Part shown: positions 19,551-25,426 of the stretch, piece by piece
Numbering within the stretch: the first letter of the stretch is position 1
Layout of the letters: every line of letters starts with the position of its first letter
From: Bacteroidales bacterium
GTDB taxonomy: Bacteria > Bacteroidota > Bacteroidia > Bacteroidales > UBA12077
DNA: 48,724 nt
NCBI GenBank assembly: GCA_028282585.1
Contig: JANQHR010000027.1
Location: 1 to 48,724 of the forward strand
Reading direction: 5' to 3'
Notes under the pieces: model-generated
Seen by the model: the letters and a program-made list of their open reading frames with translations, nothing else
Database searches by the model: none
Told to the model about the DNA's origin: nothing
Translations under genes and position numbers: made by a program

Positions 19551-19880
19551 ATGAGAAAATTCATTGTTATCAGACAAGAAGGAAAGTATAAAAAAATATT
19601 TATTGATGATATTCTTTTTTGTAAAGCTGTAGGTGCATATACAAATTTCCATTTAACAGATAACAAAACAATATTAACATCAATGTTATTAAAAGATGTA
19701 GAAAATAAATTAAACTCTTATAACTTTTCAAGAATCAACAGGTCCTATTTAGTAAACTTAGACCACTGTTTTGAACTTTTAACAGGTAATAAGCCTGAAA
19801 TTGTGCTTTCAAATAACATAAAACTTGAAATTAGTCAATCTAGGTTAAAATACTTGCGCGAGCAATTTTGTGTTTATTGA
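19551..19880 (+). CDS. Stand-alone LytTR DNA-binding domain protein (no receiver domain)
   Basis: DDILFCKAVGAYT, LKDVENKL, FSRINRSYLVNL, LEISQSR; only 109 aa. Confidence 0.88.
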   Translation: MRKFIVIRQEGKYKKIFIDDILFCKAVGAYTNFHLTDNKTILTSMLLKDVENKLNSYNFSRINRSYLVNLDHCFELLTGNKPEIVLSNNIKLEISQSRLKYLREQFCVY

Positions 19881-20040
19881 AAAAAACATAATGCTTATTA
19901 TAAAAAGCCTGTAATTTATAAACTCATTTAGGTATTTTAAAATAATGAATAAAATTTTTGCCAATTTTGAATTGATAATATTATTTATTAATCAAAAATT
20001 TTTAATTATGAAAAAATTAGACCTAAGTCAAATGGAAAAA
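19784..20040 (+). repeat. 257-bp direct repeat copy 1 (LytTR 3' end + intergenic region + precursor leader)
   Basis: Ungapped match to 21667-21923; 20 mismatches counted by hand (about 92%). Confidence 0.95.
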
Positions 20041-20184
20041 CAACAGGCAGGAGGAAAAAATAGAGACTGCATGGTTATGGGAATGGTAACAGTTTTATCT
20101 ATTGTTCCTTCGATCTTTAGTGCTGGAGCAGCTACTCTTGCTGCAGTTACAGCAGCTGTAAATATGGGATGTTTGGATAGTTAA
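20008..20184 (+). CDS. Double-glycine-leader peptide precursor 1 (bacteriocin-like, 58 aa)
   Basis: MKKLDLSQMEKQQAG|GKNRDCMVMGMVTVLSIVPSIFSAGAATLAAVTAAVNMGCLDS; cleavage could be one residue later, after GG. True start ATG 20008. Confidence 0.88.
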   Translation: MKKLDLSQMEKQQAGGKNRDCMVMGMVTVLSIVPSIFSAGAATLAAVTAAVNMGCLDS

Positions 20185-20208
20185 AAATGATTAATTACAT
20201 TCTTGAAA

Positions 20209-20367
20209 ATGAAAAAACTCAAATTATATCAAATGGAAATAGTGAATGGAGGATTATCTCCAAGGGATTGTTATTTATCTCCAATACTTGCAGCCGTATT
20301 TGTAAACACTTTATATTTTGAAATATTTGTGAATAAATCTATAGAGTGTTGGAAAAGTGACGAATAA
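20209..20367 (+). CDS. Double-glycine-leader peptide precursor 2 (52 aa, absent from ORF track)
   Basis: Hand translation MKKLKLYQMEIVNGG|LSPRDCYLSPILAAVFVNTLYFEIFVNKSIECWKSDE. Confidence 0.85.
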   Translation: MKKLKLYQMEIVNGGLSPRDCYLSPILAAVFVNTLYFEIFVNKSIECWKSDE

Positions 20368-20518
20368 CATCAAAAGAAAGTTGTTTAAAAAGTGGGTTAT
20401 GATATAACTATTTAACTTTATTACGAAAATTAGTATTTGTGCTTGTAAAAAGAAAACAGTCAATTTAATTGAGCATTCAATCAAATAACATATTAATAAA
20501 TCACGTAATAATCTTAAA

Positions 20519-20719
20519 ATGCAAGATAAACTGAACAAAAAAGAAAGATTATTTGGTATATTTCTTTATATATCTGGGTTAATTTCTATTTTATTATTAT
20601 TAGCTAATGGTCTAACTTACATAACCATTAATAGTACTTATATACAAGCAATAATAATTTTTATTGCATTTCTTTGTCCTGTATTTGGTTTTCGATTAAT
20701 AAAAAAAAGCAAAAAATAA
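20519..20719 (+). CDS. Small two-TM membrane protein, candidate immunity
   Basis: 66 aa, two hydrophobic helices, basic C-terminus KKSKK; follows precursors 1-2. Confidence 0.6.
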   Translation: MQDKLNKKERLFGIFLYISGLISILLLLANGLTYITINSTYIQAIIIFIAFLCPVFGFRLIKKSKK

Positions 20720-20798
20720 GCTTTGTATTTTTTATAAAATACTAAAATATAAAGTTTTTACCAATTTTGGATTAACAATTTTTTCATAATCAATGATT

Positions 20799-20987
20799 AT
20801 GAAAAAATTAGAATTAAATCAAATGGAACAAATTGAAGGTGGATGCAGTGAGAGATAAGAAAGAGCAATTGCAGTAGCTGGTCTTGTAGCAGGTGTAGGT
20901 TCTATGTTTGGACCTATAGGACTGATGATTGCAGGACCAACTGCCTTGGGAATGGTAATAGGGTCTGCCATTTGTGCTTTTAAATAA
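20799..20987 (+). pseudogene. Double-glycine-leader peptide precursor 3 with one in-frame stop
   Basis: MKKLELNQMEQIEGG|CSER*ERAIAVAGLVAGVGSMFGPIGLMIAGPTALGMVIGSAICAFK; TAA at 20856-20858. Confidence 0.88.
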
Positions 20988-21007
20988 TAATCATTAAATA
21001 TTAGCTT

Positions 21008-21424
21008 ATGAATGATATTATTGTTTTAACAAAAAGAAGCGTTTTCCCATTAACAAGATTTTATTTTTCTATAGAGCATGAAAGCTATTTTATTCGATCG
21101 GGAGAACTAAAAAAAATAAAGCTTGATGGAGAAGGAGAGTATGAAATAACAGTACATTCTTTTTGGATAAGCAAAAAGACTAAGTTGTTCTTAAAGAATA
21201 TGTCAATACTTAACATAAAACATATTATCCCTGATTTGTATTACTTGGTTGGAATACCAACCGTAGTTATTATGTCTATTTTAGCATTTCTGGGCTTAGT
21301 TAATGTATTACTATTATCTGGAATTGTTTTACTCTATTTATTACCTTTATTATATTTTACCTTTTTAAAATCCAATTATTATTTTAAAATCAATATAGAA
21401 GAAACAATTTGTTTTATAGAGTGA
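21008..21424 (+). CDS. Hypothetical protein with soluble N-domain and two C-terminal TMs, candidate immunity to precursor 3
   Basis: Starts 20 bp after precursor 3; hydrophobic hairpin near the C-terminus. Confidence 0.6.
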   Translation: MNDIIVLTKRSVFPLTRFYFSIEHESYFIRSGELKKIKLDGEGEYEITVHSFWISKKTKLFLKNMSILNIKHIIPDLYYLVGIPTVVIMSILAFLGLVNVLLLSGIVLLYLLPLLYFTFLKSNYYFKINIEETICFIE

Positions 21425-21490
21425 TTATCTAAATAACTACTCTATTTTCTTAATACCTTCAACAATTATAATCTCTATTTTGAGAAAAAT

Positions 21491-21763
21491 ATGATATTAC
21501 AATCAATAAAAGAAAATATCTATGAGAAAATAAATTCATAAATTCAAGCAAAAATTCAAAATATTAATACAAAGCTATTTTTAAGTCTTTTATTGTTACT
21601 TTATGTACTTGTAGGAGTAATACTTAACTGGTATATTATTACCGATGATCATTACTACGGCTCTTTAGGTAATAAGACAGAAATTGTGCTTTCAAATAAC
21701 CTAAAACTTGAGATTAGTCAATCTAGGTTAAAACACTTGCATGAGCAGTTTTGTGTTTATTGA
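21491..21763 (+). pseudogene. Chimeric remnant: 5' part of the 24244 membrane gene fused in frame to the LytTR 3' end
   Basis: 21552-21673 matches 24260-24381 (9 mismatches in 122 bp). 21667-21763 matches the LytTR end. Reads ..IQNINTKLFLSLL..DDHYYGSLGN/KTEIVLSNNLKLEISQSRLKHLHEQFCVY*. In-frame TAA at 21539. Confidence 0.88.
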
Positions 21764-21923
21764 AAAAACCTTAATGCTTATTATAAAAAAACGGGATTTT
21801 ATAAACTCGTTTAGGTATTTTAAAATAATGAATAAAATTTTTGCCAATTTTGAATTGATATTCTCATTTATTAATCAAAATTTTTTAATTATGAAAAAAT
21901 TAGACCTAAGTCAAATGGAAAAA
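21667..21923 (+). repeat. 257-bp direct repeat copy 2
   Basis: Matches 19784-20040. Confidence 0.95.
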
Positions 21924-22067
21924 GTTAATGGTGGTTGGAGTTGGGAAGATTGCCTTTCTGGAGCAGGAAGGGCATTAGTTCATGGAGGCTGGGTTGCAGC
22001 TGCTGCCGGAGGTTGGATAGGTGTAGGTGCATTAGCAGCATTTGGTTGTGTTGTAGCTAATACGTAA
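21891..22067 (+). CDS. Double-glycine-leader peptide precursor 4 (class II/Blp-like bacteriocin, 58 aa)
   Basis: MKKLDLSQMEKVNGG|WSWEDCLSGAGRALVHGGWVAAAAGGWIGVGALAAFGCVVANT; Gly/Ala-rich core. True start ATG 21891. Confidence 0.9.
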   Translation: MKKLDLSQMEKVNGGWSWEDCLSGAGRALVHGGWVAAAAGGWIGVGALAAFGCVVANT

Positions 22068-22080
22068 TTGGCTTTTTCAG

Positions 22081-22117
22081 AAATGAGTATTTATAAATGT
22101 TGTAAATACTCATTTTC
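22081..22117 (+). terminator. Stem-loop after precursor 4 (terminator/attenuator)
   Basis: AAATGAGTATTTA (22081-22093) / TAAATACTCATTT (22103-22115). Confidence 0.6.
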
Positions 22118-22135
22118 TATTAACAATTCTGTTTA

Positions 22136-22885
22136 ATGAAAAATAACTTTAGAATTTCCTTATTATTAATTCAAACTAACCTACTTAGTTTGAAAAGGTA
22201 TAGTACAGGCTCTTTACTTGAGGTTGCATTTAAACGTTATGGATTAAAATATCCAGCAGAATGGATAGGTATTCTATTTGTATTTACTTTTTTTTCCATG
22301 GTTTTCATTGGTGTTTCATTTGAAAAAACGATCACGATAAATAATAAAGAATGGTTAAATATTATAGATATTAATGCATTGTTTTTTTCTATGATTATAA
22401 TATTAGAGTTTCTATTACAGAAACCAGTATTTAATATTTCAAGGATTCAGTTAAAGTTATTTCCAATATCATATAAAAACAGGCTACATATAAAATATTT
22501 GTATGAAATCTTTGATAAAAAAATAGTTGGACTAGTTTTATTTTTTATCATTTTATCAGTATTTATAGTATATAAGAAACAACAATTTGATTTATATTTA
22601 ACCATTTTAACATATACCAGTGTAACAACAACATATTTATTAACATGCTCTTTTATCATTACATTTAGAGCTATCCTTAAGAGAAAAATTAAAAAAAACC
22701 ATAGCTTATTTATACCGATAATCTCAACTCTGATGATTATATGCATTCTTTTTTATATCAAGTATATCAGGATAAATGTAATATCAATAACTCATATTTT
22801 CATATCACTTGCTTTTACTATATCCTTGTGTATAATTTTGTATTTTATCAACTTATTTATTGAAAAAAATTGTAATCATAGGTAA
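22136..22885 (+). CDS. Multi-TM membrane protein, probable ABC permease (immunity-type)
   Basis: About six hydrophobic segments; LKLFPISYKNR..EIFD loop; in operon with an ABC ATPase. Confidence 0.6.
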   Translation: MKNNFRISLLLIQTNLLSLKRYSTGSLLEVAFKRYGLKYPAEWIGILFVFTFFSMVFIGVSFEKTITINNKEWLNIIDINALFFSMIIILEFLLQKPVFNISRIQLKLFPISYKNRLHIKYLYEIFDKKIVGLVLFFIILSVFIVYKKQQFDLYLTILTYTSVTTTYLLTCSFIITFRAILKRKIKKNHSLFIPIISTLMIICILFYIKYIRINVISITHIFISLAFTISLCIILYFINLFIEKNCNHR

Positions 22886-23507
22886 AAAGTCAGTCAATAT
22901 AATTTACTATTCTTGTTTAATGATACCAGTTTACCTAAAATATTATTTTCGTAAGGCTTATTTCTTTCGTTTTACACCTTTTGTAATTCCTGCCATTTAT
23001 TATCATAATATTAAAATAGCATTATTACTTTATATGCTCTTGTTTATTTTATACGAGAATTGTTTTTGCAAACCTTTTAATGAAAAATATTTATGGGATA
23101 ATCGGATGAATATTATTACGGAAGTTAATACAGGAAAATTGTTTACTACAGTTAACTTAATAAATTTATTGTCAATTGCTTTTTGGTTTTACCTATCCTT
23201 AGTTATTAATTATATTTTGAACCACAATATTGCTGATATAGGATATTTAATTATCCAGTTTTTATCTTTATTATTATTCTCAACAATAATAGGGAATTTC
23301 TTGTATTTTATTTTTTCAAAGATTCCTCCATTCTTTGCAAAGAGGATTGTGCGAATATTAATATTTTCCATACCATTAAATATTTCCGTTGCAATCAACT
23401 TTTTACAGTTCTATTTTCAAATTATTTTTCTAACAGTACTTATTTTTGTTTGGTACAAACAAATTAAGTATTTCAATTCTCATTCACATAACACAATCAA
23501 AATATGA
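22860..23507 (+). CDS. Multi-TM membrane protein, probable second ABC permease half
   Basis: Several hydrophobic segments; stop overlaps the ATPase start (ATGA). Start uncertain (TTG 22860 or ATG 22920). Confidence 0.55.
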   Translation: MKKIVIIGKKSVNIIYYSCLMIPVYLKYYFRKAYFFRFTPFVIPAIYYHNIKIALLLYMLLFILYENCFCKPFNEKYLWDNRMNIITEVNTGKLFTTVNLINLLSIAFWFYLSLVINYILNHNIADIGYLIIQFLSLLLFSTIIGNFLYFIFSKIPPFFAKRIVRILIFSIPLNISVAINFLQFYFQIIFLTVLIFVWYKQIKYFNSHSHNTIKI

Positions 23508-24238
23508 TTAGCCTATTAAATATATCCAAGCACTATTCAAAAAACCTTGTTCTTAATGATATTTCATTTGACATTGAAACTGGGAAAGCTACCTGCTTAC
23601 TTGGGAAAAATGGTGCAGGAAAAACTACAACTGTAAACATTATAAGTGGCCTTTTAGAACAAAATGAAGGACATGTTTATATAGACAACCAAGAAATATC
23701 TCAAACTACATATGATTATCGTAGAAAGTTCGGATATGTTTTTGAAGAACATATGTTAATTGACAAGTTAACAGCTAAGGAATACATAACACTGATAGCA
23801 GAAATGTACGATATTCCCAAAAACGAATATGATATTCGAATAAAATCGTTATTAAATTTTTTTGAACTACCAGATGATAATAGTAAATATATCGAAAGTT
23901 ACTCTTTAGGGATGAAAGTTAAAACTTCTTTAGCCGCAGCTATGGTAAATAAGCCAAACTATCTTATTCTTGATGAACCCTTTAACGGACTAGACATAAT
24001 AAGTGTAAACAATTTGCTTAGTTTATTGAAAAATTTCATTAAACAAAATGGAACAATTTTTATTACATCTCATAATCTTGATCTGGTTTCTGATTTATGC
24101 GATACTTTTTACGTATTAGACAAAGGCAAGATAAAGACAAAACTAAATAAACAAGATTATAGCTCTAAGGAGGAACTTAAAAATAAAGTAAAAAACATTT
24201 TAATTAAAGAAAATTCCGTGGAAAATATAAATTGGTAG
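23504..24238 (+). CDS. ABC transporter ATP-binding protein (ABC-2/LanF-like)
   Basis: Walker A GKNGAGKT, signature YSLGM, Walker B YLILDEP, ITSH. Confidence 0.92.
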   Translation: MISLLNISKHYSKNLVLNDISFDIETGKATCLLGKNGAGKTTTVNIISGLLEQNEGHVYIDNQEISQTTYDYRRKFGYVFEEHMLIDKLTAKEYITLIAEMYDIPKNEYDIRIKSLLNFFELPDDNSKYIESYSLGMKVKTSLAAAMVNKPNYLILDEPFNGLDIISVNNLLSLLKNFIKQNGTIFITSHNLDLVSDLCDTFYVLDKGKIKTKLNKQDYSSKEELKNKVKNILIKENSVENINW

Positions 24239-24243
24239 ACTTC

Positions 24244-24891
24244 ATGATTTTAAAAAATGAAATTCAAAACATTAATACAAAGCTATTTTTAAGTCTTTTA
24301 TTGTTACTTTATGTGCTTGTAGGAATAATACTTAATTGGTATATTATTACCGATGATCATTATTACAAATCTTTAGGAAATCAACTAGATGTTGAGCGAA
24401 TACGTCAACTTCTAACCTTTCGGAATAAATGGGATTGGATAGGATTTTTAATTATTCCTCTTTTAATTTTAGTTAAAATATCATTAGTTGCTGTTTGCCT
24501 TGAAGTTGGTAATTTTATTATTGATTTAAAATTGAAATTTAAACAATTATTTAAAATCGCACTATTGGGAGAAGCAATTTTTCTGATTGCAGCACTTACT
24601 AAAATTATATACTTTTTATTATTTCCGAAAAATGTTACGCTTGAATTTATTCAAACCTTTTATCCTTTGTCTTTAATAAACATGGTTGTAATTGAAAAAA
24701 TTCCAGCCTATTTAGTTTATCCTCTACAATTAATTAATGTTTTTGAACTGCTTTATTGGATTATTCTGGCGTATTTAATCAAAATTTATACCAACAGTTC
24801 ATTTGATAAATCGTTTGGTTTTGTAGCTAAAACATATGGGATTGGGCTTTTTACATGGGTTGTGCTGGTTGTTTTTCTTTCAATAAATTAA
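24244..24891 (+). CDS. Multi-TM (about five) membrane protein associated with the peptide export module
   Basis: Hydrophobic segments, FYPLSLIN..YPLQLINVFELLYW; directly upstream of redoxin and C39 transporter. ATG 24244 preferred. Confidence 0.7.
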   Translation: MILKNEIQNINTKLFLSLLLLLYVLVGIILNWYIITDDHYYKSLGNQLDVERIRQLLTFRNKWDWIGFLIIPLLILVKISLVAVCLEVGNFIIDLKLKFKQLFKIALLGEAIFLIAALTKIIYFLLFPKNVTLEFIQTFYPLSLINMVVIEKIPAYLVYPLQLINVFELLYWIILAYLIKIYTNSSFDKSFGFVAKTYGIGLFTWVVLVVFLSIN

Positions 24892-24904
24892 AAAAGTACC
24901 TTGA

Positions 24905-25426
24905 ATGAAAGAAATTATTAAAATAGTTTTTCCTATAATTTTATTTTTAGGGGTTGGGTTTATGTTGTTTAAAACATTTAAAAAAATTGAACAGAAAAAT
25001 ACAATTGCTTTACAAATCAAAAAAATCCCCGATTTTGAGTTTTTAGAAATCCAATCAAATGAAAAATTTTCGAGTAAGTCATTAAAAAAAGATATTCCTG
25101 TACTTTTCGTGTATTTCAATACCGAGTGTGAACACTGTAGATATGAAATAAAACAAATAAGCCACAATATAAACAAATTTGAAAATTGTCAGATAATAAT
25201 GATTTCCATTGAAGAACCGGAAATATTAAAAACATTTACCAAAAAACACAACTTATTAAATAAAAAAAATATAACAATCCTTTATGATAAGGATTTAATG
25301 TTCGAAGAAATATTCGGGAATTGTCCTTTCCCAACCAGTTTTATCTATAATAAAAAAAGAGAGCTGGTAAAAACCTTCAAAGGAGAGGTAAAAATAGAAG
25401 CCTTGCTAAAATACCTGAACGAATAA
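24905..25426 (+). CDS. Membrane-anchored thioredoxin-fold (TlpA/ResA-like) thiol-disulfide oxidoreductase
   Basis: N-terminal TM, FNTECEHC (CxxC), cis-Pro motif FPTSFIY; TAATG-coupled to the transporter. Confidence 0.88.
   Translation: MKEIIKIVFPIILFLGVGFMLFKTFKKIEQKNTIALQIKKIPDFEFLEIQSNEKFSSKSLKKDIPVLFVYFNTECEHCRYEIKQISHNINKFENCQIIMISIEEPEILKTFTKKHNLLNKKNITILYDKDLMFEEIFGNCPFPTSFIYNKKRELVKTFKGEVKIEALLKYLNE

Noticed and set aside
19945-20007. N-terminal extensions given by the ORF track for P1 (19945) and P4 (21741)
   Set aside because: All four leaders align from MKKL; the extensions are read-through of the duplicated upstream region.
20435-20449. ATTTGTGCTTGTAAA resembling the end of P3 (20970-20984), as a possible fifth precursor remnant
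   Set aside because: Only 14/15 nt in very AT-rich DNA, with no leader or open frame upstream.
19784-21923. CRISPR array or integron cassette array
   Set aside because: Repeats are long and few, with no regular repeat-spacer period, attC-like palindromes, cas genes or integrase.
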